A stretch of 64,000 bases of DNA from Nannocystales bacterium (GCA_050633305.1 JBOEGF010000036.1:8521-72520); one strand, 5' to 3'; positions 46,657-56,274 are shown, counted from the first letter of the stretch. The notes: generated from the sequence alone by a model not told the origin. Program-made: numbers and translations.

Positions 46657-49600
46657 TCCATGGACAATTATTGGCGTGATCGTCGCCTATGTCGCGGTGC
46701 TGTTCGTCATCGCGCAATGGGCCGAACGATCCAAGGCCGGCAAATACGTCTCAAAGTACTCCGGCGTCTACGCCCTCGGACTGGCTGTCTACTGCACGAC
46801 CTGGACGTACTACGGTTCGGTTGGCAAGGCCTCGACGGGCGGGATGGGCTTCCTTCCCGTGTACTTGGGTCCCACGTTGGGGCTGCTGCTGGGGTGGACG
46901 ATCTTCAGGCGGATCGTTCGTCTCAAGCACGCTCACCGTATTACGAGTATCGCCGACTTTATCTCCAGCCGGTACGGGAAGTCGCAGGCGGTCGCCGCCA
47001 TGGTCACCGTCATCATGATGGTGGGAATTATTCCGTATGTTGGCCTGCAGCTGAAGGCCGTGACGGGGACCTTCGTGCAGATCACCGCGGGGTCGACCGA
47101 TGGCGCGGGGATGGCGGGTTGGTTCAGCCCGATCATCGCGACTTTGATGACGATCTTCACGATCGCTTTCGGTATTCGGCATATTGACCCCACCGAGCGT
47201 CACCCCGGGATGGTGGTGTCGCTGGCCATCGAGTCCACGTTCAAACTCGTCGCTTTCTTGGTCGCGGGCTTCTTCATCGTGAAGTCGGCGTTCGGCGGTC
47301 TCGGTGGCTTCGTCGAGTCCTTCACAGCCAATCCGCCCGATCTCCCGATGCTCAAGGCCGGGGACTCCAAGCAGATCATGGTGTGGATCACCGTGACGCT
47401 GTTGTCGATGTCGGCGTTCTCCTTCCTGCCTCGGCAGTTCCACGTCGGCGTGGTCGAGAACGGTGACCCCGAGCAAGTCAAGAAGGCTGCGTGGCTCACC
47501 CCGCTGTACCTCATCGCCATCAACCTTCTGGTGGTGCCCATTGCGATGGGCGGGTCGTTGCTGGCCGAGGCTGGTACGACCGGAGACCAGTTCGTGTTGG
47601 CCATTCCCGTGCAATCGGGCCAGGCTGCGCTGTCGTTGGGGGTGTTCATCGGCGGCTTCTCGGCTGCAATCGGCATGATCATGATCTCCAGCATGACGAT
47701 GGCGACCATGATCTCGAACCACCTGGTCATGCCTCTCATCTCAGCCGTGCCCGCGCTGTCGTTCCTGCGACGCCGTATGCTCTACGTGCGGTGGGTGGCT
47801 GCCGCTGGGTTCATCTTCGCCGGCTATGGCTTTGAGGTTGGGGTCGGCGACTCGTACATGTTGGTGGCCATTGGCCTGATCTCCTTCGCGGCTGCGTTCA
47901 TCGTGGCACCGGTTGTGCTCATCGGCCTGTTTTGGCGCAACGCCAGCCGTGGCGGCGCGTTGTTGGGCCTGGGATCCGGCTTCGTGTTCTGGGCGTACAC
48001 CCTGTTCATGCCCAGTCTGATCAAGAGTGGCTGGCTCCCCGAGAGCATCCTCGAACACGGCGCGTTCGGGCTGAGCGCCCTGCGACCCGAAGCTCTGTTC
48101 GGCCTCGCTGGTCTTCCCTCGCTGACCCACGGTGTGTTGTTCAGCGGCGTTGCCACCATCACGGGCCTGCTTGCGGGCAGTGTGCTCTTCCCGTCCAAGG
48201 GCGAAGAGCGGGCACTGACCGACGAGTTTCTCGACGAGGGCGAAGGGGGCTTCTCCCACCTCGATGACAAGAATCGCACCATCGATGTGGGAGAGAAGCG
48301 TGAGGCGACGCTGCGCGTTCTGGGGAAGTACTTCGACCACGCAGAGGCGGGCGAGATGTGCCAGACCTGTTTCCAAGAGGCGGGAGTGCAAGAGCAGGAG
48401 AAGCTCACGGTGGTCGAGATGGCCGAGCTTCACTCGACGATCGAGAAGCACCTCGCCGGTGCGGTGGGTGCAGCATCGGCGCACGGTGCGATGAAGGACT
48501 GGGGAACGATCGATCGTCAGGACTCCAAGTCGCTCGCTCGCTCGTACGGCAAGATGCTGGCCAAGCTCAAGCTCTCGCCGAAGGAACTCAAGGAGCGCAT
48601 CGACTTCCAGCAGGAGCGGGAATCCTTGCTCTCCGAGCAGTTCCGCGAGCTTCAGAAGAAGATCGACGAACGCGATGCAGAGATCGTCGAGCGACAGAAG
48701 GCCGAGGTCGCGCTTCAAGCCGCGCACGACGAGCTGGAAGACCGGGTCGAGCTACGCACGGCAGAGCTCAACAAGCGCAACAAAGAGATGCGCCTGGTGT
48801 TCGACACCGTGAACCAGGGCTTCATCACCATTGACCTCGAGGGTTCCATCGGAGCCGAGCGGTCGCGAGTCGTCTCCGAGTGGTTCGGCGTTCAAGATGG
48901 GCCCGTGCAGAGCAAGCTGCACGAGGTCCTGGCCGGGCTCGATGAGCGGACTGGGACGGCGCTGGAGATGGGCCTGGAGCAGGTCAAGATGGGCATCTTG
49001 CCGCTGGACGTCTCGCTGGATCAGTTGCCGACGGCTTTCGAGGCAGACGGCCGATACTACGAGGCGGACTACCACCCGACAGGAGAGATCGACGAGTCGA
49101 GTGATGAGTCGCCCGACAACCTCCTGGTCGTCGTTTCCGACGCCACCGCTCGGGTCCAGCAGGAGCGCTCCGAAGAGCGTCAGAAGGAAGTGGTCGGCTT
49201 GTTCGAACGCTTCATGAACGACCGCAACTCGGTTCTCTCCTTCCTCGGAGATGGTGACTCGCTGATCGAGCAGATCACCGCGTGGAGGGAGGGGGACGAG
49301 GACGTCCTCATTCGCCGCAACCTGCACACGCTCAAGGGCAACGCCGGCATCATGGCGGTGGGTAGCATCGCGCGGCTGTGCCACGCACTCGAGGAGCAGT
49401 TCGAGAATGGTGCGCTGTCCCCGGAGGACTCGGAGCGCTTGGCAAACGAATGGAAGAATCTCCGTGGTCGTATCGACGACATCGTCGACACCGAGACCGA
49501 CACCATCGAGCTGGAACCGCGCGACTACGACGCGATTCTCAAGGCGCTCAACACTGGACGCCCCGCGAAGGACATCGAGGCGCTCGTGCTCGGCTGGAAG

Positions 49601-50164
49601 CTCGAGCCCACGCGCAAGACCCTGAGTCGTCTCGGTGAGCAGGTCTCTCGTCTTGCCGAAGAACTCGGCAAGGGGGAGGTCGACGTTGTCGTCGAAGACA
49701 ACGACGTACGCCTGGATGCGGAGGAGTGGGGCGACTTCTGGTCCAATCTCGTGCACGTTGTACGAAACGCGGTCGACCATGGCCTGGAGGAGCCTTCCGA
49801 ACGCGAGAGCGCCGGGAAGAACCCCAATGGCAAGGTCACGCTTCGAACCGAGGACACGGTACAGGCTCTCACGGTGGTCATCGAAGACGATGGTCGCGGC
49901 ATCAACTGGGATGCGCTGCGCAAGAAATGCAAGACGCATGGCCTTCCGTACGAGACGCAGAGCGACCTCGTCGAGGCGCTGTTCGCCGATGGTGTCTCCA
50001 CCCGGGACGAGGTCTCGACAACCTCGGGACGCGGCGTCGGCATGGCGGCTGTCCGGGGCGATACCGAAGCCCGTGGTGGCTCGGTCAAGGTCGACAGCCG
50101 GCCCGGCAAGGGCACACGCTGGACGTTCCGCTTCCCCAAGGCGGCGCCTGCGAAGGTCGCGTAG
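46649..50164 (+). CDS. Sensor kinase: sodium/solute-symporter (SLC5)-like membrane domain, coiled coil, PAS-like domain, HPt and CheA-type HATPase
   Basis: The N-terminal ~500 aa form a multi-helix SSS-like domain. The HPt signature is RRNLHTLKGNAG (His codon at 49325-49327). The CheA-type catalytic boxes are VRNAVDHGLE, EDDGRGI and SGRGVGM. I recognise no HisKA, REC or CheW-like domain. Confidence 0.8.
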   Translation: MFSPWTIIGVIVAYVAVLFVIAQWAERSKAGKYVSKYSGVYALGLAVYCTTWTYYGSVGKASTGGMGFLPVYLGPTLGLLLGWTIFRRIVRLKHAHRITSIADFISSRYGKSQAVAAMVTVIMMVGIIPYVGLQLKAVTGTFVQITAGSTDGAGMAGWFSPIIATLMTIFTIAFGIRHIDPTERHPGMVVSLAIESTFKLVAFLVAGFFIVKSAFGGLGGFVESFTANPPDLPMLKAGDSKQIMVWITVTLLSMSAFSFLPRQFHVGVVENGDPEQVKKAAWLTPLYLIAINLLVVPIAMGGSLLAEAGTTGDQFVLAIPVQSGQAALSLGVFIGGFSAAIGMIMISSMTMATMISNHLVMPLISAVPALSFLRRRMLYVRWVAAAGFIFAGYGFEVGVGDSYMLVAIGLISFAAAFIVAPVVLIGLFWRNASRGGALLGLGSGFVFWAYTLFMPSLIKSGWLPESILEHGAFGLSALRPEALFGLAGLPSLTHGVLFSGVATITGLLAGSVLFPSKGEERALTDEFLDEGEGGFSHLDDKNRTIDVGEKREATLRVLGKYFDHAEAGEMCQTCFQEAGVQEQEKLTVVEMAELHSTIEKHLAGAVGAASAHGAMKDWGTIDRQDSKSLARSYGKMLAKLKLSPKELKERIDFQQERESLLSEQFRELQKKIDERDAEIVERQKAEVALQAAHDELEDRVELRTAELNKRNKEMRLVFDTVNQGFITIDLEGSIGAERSRVVSEWFGVQDGPVQSKLHEVLAGLDERTGTALEMGLEQVKMGILPLDVSLDQLPTAFEADGRYYEADYHPTGEIDESSDESPDNLLVVVSDATARVQQERSEERQKEVVGLFERFMNDRNSVLSFLGDGDSLIEQITAWREGDEDVLIRRNLHTLKGNAGIMAVGSIARLCHALEEQFENGALSPEDSERLANEWKNLRGRIDDIVDTETDTIELEPRDYDAILKALNTGRPAKDIEALVLGWKLEPTRKTLSRLGEQVSRLAEELGKGEVDVVVEDNDVRLDAEEWGDFWSNLVHVVRNAVDHGLEEPSERESAGKNPNGKVTLRTEDTVQALTVVIEDDGRGINWDALRKKCKTHGLPYETQSDLVEALFADGVSTRDEVSTTSGRGVGMAAVRGDTEARGGSVKVDSRPGKGTRWTFRFPKAAPAKVA

Positions 50165-50304
50165 CGACCTGCGAGGAGTCCTGCGAAGGGCGGCGAGCTT
50201 TGGGCTCGTCGCCCTTGGTCGTTGATGGATCCGGATTGGATCTTGCGGTCGAGGAGCGTTTGCGCCCTTGCAGAGCCAGTAGGGTGCTCGAGCCGCGTTT
50301 GCGC

Positions 50305-51222
50305 TCACGGACTGTTTCCCCAGTCGAGCAGGTCGGTTGTCGAGGGCGTCGCAAGAACCTCGCACAACCGGGAGCGTCGCCACTGCAGGCGAGCGCGCCC
50401 GCGTTGCACGGCATCATGAACGGTCCGTACCACCTCCGCATGCTGGTGATCAGCGAGTTGGCTTGCAGCGCGTTCCGTCCGGTCGATGACGGCACCGGGT
50501 TCGAGAAACTCGCGTAACCTCCCAAGGTTGGCAACATCCCACCGCTCTTCGAACCCCGTGCTTGCGTACTCCCACAGTGCAGGCGGGCCGCCTCCGGCAT
50601 CGGGTGTCCATGGATCGAACACGGGGTTGTCGTCGCCATCGAACGCCAACACCGACGCGTATTGGATCCACGCGACGGCATGGCCAACGCACCCGATCCG
50701 GTTCCACATCCCCAGAACTTCGCCGACGTTGGGTCCGAGAGTTCCGTACGACGCGAGACAGGAAAACCAACGGTGGGGTGGGGCGTCCATCCCGTTGTGC
50801 CGCAGGCTCGTTTCCTCCTCCATGCGTGCGAGCAACGACTGCCGAATGAACGTGTAGAAAACGTCGCTGATGTCTGGCCCAAGCGTGTCTGTGATGACGG
50901 TCCGGCGCTTGGCGAGGCTCGCGTGAAGTTGCTCGATGACCCCGCCGAGCGCACCACTGCGCAACCCGTGTTGCCATGTCTCGAGGCACAGGGGCAAGAC
51001 ATGAGCCATCAGATCGGGTTGCAACGGTTGGGCGTGCATGAGGTCCAGCGCGTACTCGTTGATCTCCCGGCCGCACGGACCTACACCGACCACGCGCGCG
51101 GCCAGGGCTTCGAGCGGGGCCTGCTCGTAGTCGAACGCCTTTTGGGTCACCTTCGTCGGCGGCTCGGGAGACCCTATGTCTCGGTGAAAGTCCGTTGGGC
51201 AGGGGTAGTGATGACGTGACAT
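50305..51222 (-). CDS. Hypothetical protein (305 aa)
   Basis: ATG 51222 (MSRHHYP) lies inside listed ORF 50305..51387. The composition is coding-like. Confidence 0.55.
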   Translation of the reverse strand: MSRHHYPCPTDFHRDIGSPEPPTKVTQKAFDYEQAPLEALAARVVGVGPCGREINEYALDLMHAQPLQPDLMAHVLPLCLETWQHGLRSGALGGVIEQLHASLAKRRTVITDTLGPDISDVFYTFIRQSLLARMEEETSLRHNGMDAPPHRWFSCLASYGTLGPNVGEVLGMWNRIGCVGHAVAWIQYASVLAFDGDDNPVFDPWTPDAGGGPPALWEYASTGFEERWDVANLGRLREFLEPGAVIDRTERAASQLADHQHAEVVRTVHDAVQRGRARLQWRRSRLCEVLATPSTTDLLDWGNSP

Positions 51223-51399
51223 GCCGATTCCTTCGTGTTGTGAGCGTCGCCCCTCGGTGTCTGCGGGAATGCTAGGCCGACGCACGTCGTGACGAGGGGC
51301 CTGCCGGTGCGACCCCCTTCGTCGGTGGGGGCGCCGGATGCCGAAGAGTACGTGCTCGTGCCGCCGCGCAGACAGGAGAGACTCCACCGTTCGCTACCG

Positions 51400-51547
51400 A
51401 AGCGAGCAGCTCGCGGCGATCTGACGCGAAGACGGGGCCCGAGGCGGAAGTCCGCAGGAACCCGACAGTTCGGTGAAAGGCGTTCCTGAGTTCCACGACT
51501 TCGGCCTTGTACGCGTCGGAGAACCTCCGCCGCTTCCTCCTGGACAC
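51400..51547 (-). mobile_element. IS3-family transposase OrfA N-terminal remnant (frameshifted)
   Basis: VSRRKRRRFSDAYKAEVVEL matches the conserved OrfA N-terminus. An HTH-like continuation (VPADFRLGPRLRV) appears only in another frame. No OrfB follows. Confidence 0.45.
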
Positions 51548-51659
51548 TTGGTTCCCGATTCTCTCTTCGGTCGGGGGTGTCCACCAAACCGGGGAAGTTC
51601 ATGATTGTCACCGCGATTCAGCCTGCTCGCCGCCGTCCGCATCCGGACCAGAGGCGCGG

Positions 51660-52421
51660 TCAGCCGCCGTCGGGGAAGTCGAAGGCGAGGTCGTCGAAGC
51701 CGAGGCCGTAGGAGTCGTCGACATCGACGACCTCGAGCCGGGTGATGTCCGAGGCGTCCGCGAACGTGAGAACCACCGGCTCGTATGGGTCGCCCAGGCC
51801 CATGGCCGCCTCCTCGACCACCACCGACCCATCTTCGGCGAGCAGCCGGACGGTCCCGACGACCCCGGAGTTGTTGACCCCCGCCAGCGTGATTGATGGC
51901 GCACGTACGGGCGCAGCGAAGTCGATGTAGAATGGGGCGTTCGGAGCCGTGTCGCACGAGTAGTACGCGAACACGTAGTAGGGCTCGGAGCTCGCGGTAC
52001 CCGCTGCGCTGGTCACCTCGAACGAACAACCCGGAGACGAGGATATGACCCCGTACTCGGCATATTGGTCGGTCACGACCTCCCCGTCGGCCAGCTCGTC
52101 GAAGTCTAGCTCGATCCGCGTGTAGGTCGGCCGCTCGGCGCCGCTCGAGCTCGAGCCGTCCGTCTCCGGGTCTCCCGACGTCGAGCTCGCGTCACTGCTG
52201 GTCGCGGTGGACCCGTCGTTGGGGCTGTCGTTGTCCTCGGGCGGGTCGTCGTCGTCGGGGGTACCGCTCTCGTCGCCGCCAGCCGTGCCGTCGTCCTCGG
52301 TCCCCCCTTCGGTCGGCATATCGTCCACGGGGTCGTCCTCGCCGGACGAGCCACAACCGAGGAGGAGGAGCAGAAGGGGCCAGGGACGGGAAACAATCAC
52401 GAGCCGAGCGCTGTGCAACAC
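51660..52421 (-). CDS. Secreted lipoprotein with an acidic linker (GTG start inferred)
   Basis: The lipobox is PLLLLLLGCGSS, followed by an Asp/Glu/Thr/Ser-rich linker and a beta-rich C-terminal domain. Confidence 0.55.
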   Translation of the reverse strand: MLHSARLVIVSRPWPLLLLLLGCGSSGEDDPVDDMPTEGGTEDDGTAGGDESGTPDDDDPPEDNDSPNDGSTATSSDASSTSGDPETDGSSSSGAERPTYTRIELDFDELADGEVVTDQYAEYGVISSSPGCSFEVTSAAGTASSEPYYVFAYYSCDTAPNAPFYIDFAAPVRAPSITLAGVNNSGVVGTVRLLAEDGSVVVEEAAMGLGDPYEPVVLTFADASDITRLEVVDVDDSYGLGFDDLAFDFPDGG

Positions 52422-52639
52422 GTGTGCCCAGCAAAACCCGACGGTTACACGACCCGCCCTCCCGGATCGGGAAGCTCGGGACCCGGCGACCCTCCCGGAT
52501 CGACTCCATCTGCCGGCATGTGCTCTCCGCGCAGGCGTCGGCGAGCCCGCGGCGGTTGGGAGCGAACACGTGCTCCCCAAGTCCGAGCACCCAGAACCGC
52601 CGGAACGGTCTCCGCCGACGCGCTGAGACGCCTTGGGCG

Positions 52640-53200
52640 TCAGTCCTCCCAGTGGAAGAGCGCGTCGAACTCTCGGTACGGGCCATTGGAGAGGAGCGTC
52701 GGAACGGCGACCCCTCGGGTGAGCAGGCCGGCCAGATCGGATGTGCGGAGCCTGTTGTACCCCCAGCGCTCGAGCCTCAGCTCGACCTGGTGCGAGAGGT
52801 TCGCGACGGCGTCGGTCTCAAGAACGTCTACGCTCTCGAAGGTCGGAAGGTAGGACGCCGCGCCGGTGGGGGCCCAGGACTTCTCGCCTTCGAGGAAGCA
52901 GTACACAGGAGCCAGTCGGCTCAGGAGGACGGCGAGTCCCGTGAAGTGAGCGGCGTGGGGTTTCCGCTGAAAGGACGATTCGCGGCGGTAGAACCACGCG
53001 TCGATGAACGATGCGTAGCCCGACCCGTAGTGGTCGAACTCGGCCCGCAACTCGGCGCGCAGGTCCGCGGCAAGCGAGCGAACGACGCTGCGCAGCTCGG
53101 CCTCCACGGCAACCTCGTCGCGTGGTGACCATGGCGGCCTCAGCGGCGGTTGATGGGTCGCGAGCAGCCTGGCGACGATGTCTTCGAGTTCTTCGTTCAT
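52640..53200 (-). CDS. Hypothetical protein (186 aa)
   Basis: Internal Met (MNEELEDIV) of listed ORF 52640..53296. The upstream extension overlaps the integrase remnant. Confidence 0.5.
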   Translation of the reverse strand: MNEELEDIVARLLATHQPPLRPPWSPRDEVAVEAELRSVVRSLAADLRAELRAEFDHYGSGYASFIDAWFYRRESSFQRKPHAAHFTGLAVLLSRLAPVYCFLEGEKSWAPTGAASYLPTFESVDVLETDAVANLSHQVELRLERWGYNRLRTSDLAGLLTRGVAVPTLLSNGPYREFDALFHWED

Positions 53201-53273
53201 GAGCTGCGTTCCTGAATCAGGACGACTACCCTTCTTCTTCGCTGCCGTCCGCCAATCAGCCCCACCCGCGTGA

Positions 53274-53493
53274 GCGGGATTCACACTGCGGCACACGTTC
53301 GCCTCGCACCCGACGATGCGCGATGCGCCGCGTGCCGCTCAAGGCGGTGCAGGAGCTTCTCGGTCACGCAACAATCGAGATGACGATGCGATACGCGCAT
53401 CTGTCCCCGACTGTGGCCCGAGACGCGGTGCGTCTCCTCGACCGCGATCACCGCGGTGTGACCACAGGTGTGACCAAAACCGCCGCCATGTAG
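53274..53493 (+). pseudogene. Tyrosine recombinase/integrase C-terminal fragment (box II) with a frameshift
   Basis: LRHTFASH is read in one frame (53286-53309), and RVPLKAVQELLGHATIEMTMRYAHLSP in the adjacent frame (53323-53493). An in-frame stop lies directly upstream (53271-53273), and there is no N-terminal domain. Confidence 0.7.
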
Positions 53494-53529
53494 AAAACGG
53501 CCCCTAGCGTGGTGCTAGAGGCCGTTTTT
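53494..53529. terminator. Bidirectional hairpin terminator AAAACGGCCCCTAGC-GTGGT-GCTAGAGGCCGTTTT
   Basis: A 15-nt stem with one mismatch and a 5-nt loop. An A-run lies on one side and a T-run on the other. Confidence 0.55.
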
Positions 53530-53532
53530 CAG

Positions 53533-53557
53533 TGGAGGCGCCGGGAGTCGAACCCGG
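53533..53557 (-). other. tRNA 3' fragment (T-arm plus 3' acceptor strand); likely att-site remnant
   Basis: The minus strand reads CCGGGTTCGACTCCCGGCGCCTCCA: T-stem CCGGG/CCCGG, T-loop TTCGACT, then acceptor strand CGCCTCC and discriminator A. No complementary 5' acceptor strand (GGAGGCG) or D-arm lies upstream. Confidence 0.55.
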
Positions 53558-54368
53558 TAGGGACAACAGCCGATCGTGACCGATCGTTAACCATCGTTGC
53601 CCCTGAAACCGCCGAGGGAGATGGGTCGAGCCCAAATCGTGTCGACGGCGTCGCCGATGTTGGCCGATCGTCGCCCCTCGACTGTCGTGAAACCACGACA
53701 GAGATCGACGCGGCAATATCCGAGCTGGAGCGGGGGAGGGTGGACCTGGCGCTGGACCGGCTGAGAGCGTTAGCTCTTACCGTCCGCCACGACCGATAGC
53801 CGGCCCGCGTCGCAATCGAGCGGCGCCAACCCGCTCACACCGCTGATGTGCCGCCGCCTGATATGGGAAGCGTCGCCCGCGCTGGGTACCCGATCTCCGA
53901 GGTGACGGCGCCCTGTTTCCCATATCCCCATATCCCCCTAATACTTGCGGAACAACCGGCCGGCGGACGCGTCTAGTTCGTCAAACAGGTCTCGGCTCAT
54001 TTGGGCAAAGTTCTGGACGACCATACGAGCGTCCTCGATATCCACGTAGCACTCGGCGAGTTCGCCCATCGCGCGAACGACATCATTTGAGTGAAACCCA
54101 ACGTCCAGATTACGGCGATGCTGATTGAGTGCGAGTCAACGCCGGCGCTCTCTTTCAATCTTGGAGACTTGAGGAGTCCCAAGAGCCCGAGTCAGATTGG
54201 CGCGGTGCCCGTTGGAATGACGCGAGCCCCAGCCGAGGGCAGCTGGAGCCGATCCACTACCGCCATGCTATCGATCGAAGGCGGGGTCGATTTCTCCGAT
54301 AGACCGGCGGAGGTTGGTCGGACCAGCCAGATCGATGTTCCCGCACCGACGCGCGGCAGCATCCCGCG

Positions 54369-55508
54369 CTACTTACACGTGCAGACCTGCACGCCGCGTG
54401 CGAGCTGCCATCCACCGGGACCGTCGACCAGATGGACGGGCTGCTTCGGTCGCGAAGCTGCTCGGCAAAGCGTGCAAACCCTGTTCGCACCTGAGAGATA
54501 GGTCGCGCCTGGCCGCTTCCGGTAGTTGCCATCGCTGCGGACCCATTGTGGATCGAGGCCCGAAGGAAGACTGGCCGCGATCACGCCGTAGGCCGCCGCG
54601 TTTGTCTCTGCGCCGTGGTGAGGTGCTGTCACCAGGGGCGTACGTGTGGCCGGCACGGAGCGCAACGAGGCCAGGTCGGAGTCCGCGCTGAAGATGACGG
54701 CTGAGTTGTTTGGGTCCTCGGGGGCCACGAAGACCAGGGACTCCCGGTTCGCGACGCTCAGCCGAAGGAATCGCAGCGCACTGACCTTGCGGCGAAGCAT
54801 GTGCGCTGTCAGCTCGACGGAGTTGATCGGGTGAAGGAATGCCTCGCCGCCCGCGGGCGTTCCGCGCCGTCGCGCTTCCTCGAAGTCGAACCACCTAATT
54901 CTCGCGCCATGGTGATGAGCGGCTCTCGCGACCTTGCGGATCCGTGCGGCCGCCTGCACCGCCTCAATCCACAGGGCCCCTCGTGCGCTCCCAACGAGAT
55001 CGGTCGACGGAAGCCAGACGCCGTCTGCAAGCCCGTCTAGGATGTCCGGTGCCAGGGGATCCTCCAAACCGAGCGCCGCTTCAACCCCATCGAGGTCAAC
55101 GTCTACGTCCTCCCCGCGTTCCGACCCCTCGCGGGCGTCGGGCGACTCCAGGGAGCCCGCCTCCTGCTCGGCGCGCACGTCCGTGAGCAGTTCGTCGAGG
55201 AAGTCTGCCGGCCGGACGATGAGATCTACAAGGCGCTCTGTCCACCGCCCGGGGAGCCACACGTCGCGGACCACTGCAAGGGAGGCCTCTAGCAGCCCGA
55301 CAAGACCCTCGGCGTGATCGGCATCGGCATGCGTGCACACGGCCACGTCGATCGCGGGCGTGGGCCGCACCAACATCAGTTGGGCCGCGAACACCGTGCG
55401 CGCGCGACCGCCATCCACGAGTATCGTCTTGCCGTCCGCGCGTTCGAGCAGGAACGCATCCCCTTGGCCCACTGGGACTGCCGTGAACGTGGCGACCACG
55501 TGCGGCAT
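54369..55508 (-). CDS. MBL-fold metallo-hydrolase (ComEC-C-terminal-like)
   Basis: Has VPVGQGDAFLLERADGKTILVDGG and VCTHADADHAEGL (HxDxDH variant), with a later TAPHHG. ATG 55508 lies inside listed ORF 54369..55604. Confidence 0.7.
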   Translation of the reverse strand: MPHVVATFTAVPVGQGDAFLLERADGKTILVDGGRARTVFAAQLMLVRPTPAIDVAVCTHADADHAEGLVGLLEASLAVVRDVWLPGRWTERLVDLIVRPADFLDELLTDVRAEQEAGSLESPDAREGSERGEDVDVDLDGVEAALGLEDPLAPDILDGLADGVWLPSTDLVGSARGALWIEAVQAAARIRKVARAAHHHGARIRWFDFEEARRRGTPAGGEAFLHPINSVELTAHMLRRKVSALRFLRLSVANRESLVFVAPEDPNNSAVIFSADSDLASLRSVPATRTPLVTAPHHGAETNAAAYGVIAASLPSGLDPQWVRSDGNYRKRPGATYLSGANRVCTLCRAASRPKQPVHLVDGPGGWQLARGVQVCTCK

Positions 55509-55557
55509 CGTACAGATTGACGGATGCCAATTGGAGTCGGGCTTGGTATCGGCTGCC

Positions 55558-56274
55558 GTGAGGGTGTTCGTCCAGTATCCTGGGAGGGTGACGCTTCCGC
55601 CCAAATTCTTGGAGGCCGACTTCGACCTACTCGGATCCCTGCTGGAGTTCGACGTCGAGCGGAGGTTCGGACGTAAGGTTCAGGTCCTGCATGCCTTCCT
55701 GAACAACGACTCGGTCGTTCGCACGGCCCACCAGCAGCGCCGCGAATGGAAGTCGCGGGCGAAGCCGGACCGGGCCTTCGAGAACCTCGGCTCGGAAGCT
55801 CGCCACTGGTACACATTCAACGCGGGTGGTCGGACCGAGGCACAGCTCAACGTCGGGATGTTCGGCGGCAGGGATGGGCACCTCCGAATCGGGCTTGGCT
55901 TCGAGATGACCGAAAGAAAGGGCGGGCGGCCCGCGGCCGTCCAGTTCATCTTTGCGGCCTTCGTCAAGCTGCTGAAGGAGCGGACCGAGCTCGTGCACAA
56001 CGTCTCGCACTTCGTGGAGGAGATGGGCCTCGAGGTCGAGTTCTGGGGACCATCGTCAACCGAACTCGAGATCGTCGGGACGTCCGACGCGCTTCGGTTT
56101 ATCACCAGCCTGACCAGGACGGCGCACTGGGTCTTCTTGGGCAAGCTCCTGCGCCTCGACACCGATGCGGCGGTTCTTGCAGAGCCGGCCGACCTGGCCT
56201 CGGCGATCGACGACGTGTTCCGGGGCATCCTGCCGATCTGGCGGGAAGCCAACGTTGTGGGCTCGTTGGGGTAG
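55558..56274 (+). CDS. Hypothetical protein divergent from the MBL gene (start uncertain, GTG/TTG candidates 55531-55609)
   Basis: The composition is coding-like from about 55590 (FLEADFDLLGSLLEFD ... WYTFNAGGRTEAQLNVGMF ... LRIGLGFE). No family recognised. Confidence 0.5.
   Translation: MRVFVQYPGRVTLPPKFLEADFDLLGSLLEFDVERRFGRKVQVLHAFLNNDSVVRTAHQQRREWKSRAKPDRAFENLGSEARHWYTFNAGGRTEAQLNVGMFGGRDGHLRIGLGFEMTERKGGRPAAVQFIFAAFVKLLKERTELVHNVSHFVEEMGLEVEFWGPSSTELEIVGTSDALRFITSLTRTAHWVFLGKLLRLDTDAAVLAEPADLASAIDDVFRGILPIWREANVVGSLG

Noticed and set aside
53533-53620. A complete tRNA gene on the minus strand next to the integrase fragment.
   Set aside because: Only the T-arm and the 3' acceptor strand are present. 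The required 5' acceptor strand GGAGGCG, the D-arm and the anticodon arm cannot be found in the 90 nt upstream.
53938-54069. 43-codon minus-strand ORF (MGELAECYVDIEDARMVVQNFAQMSRDLFDELDASAGRLFRKY) in the AT-richer patch downstream of the MBL gene.
   Set aside because: The sequence is protein-like, but it is very short, has no SD or family support, and the open frame upstream lacks a start. It could be the tail of a disrupted gene, so it is not called.
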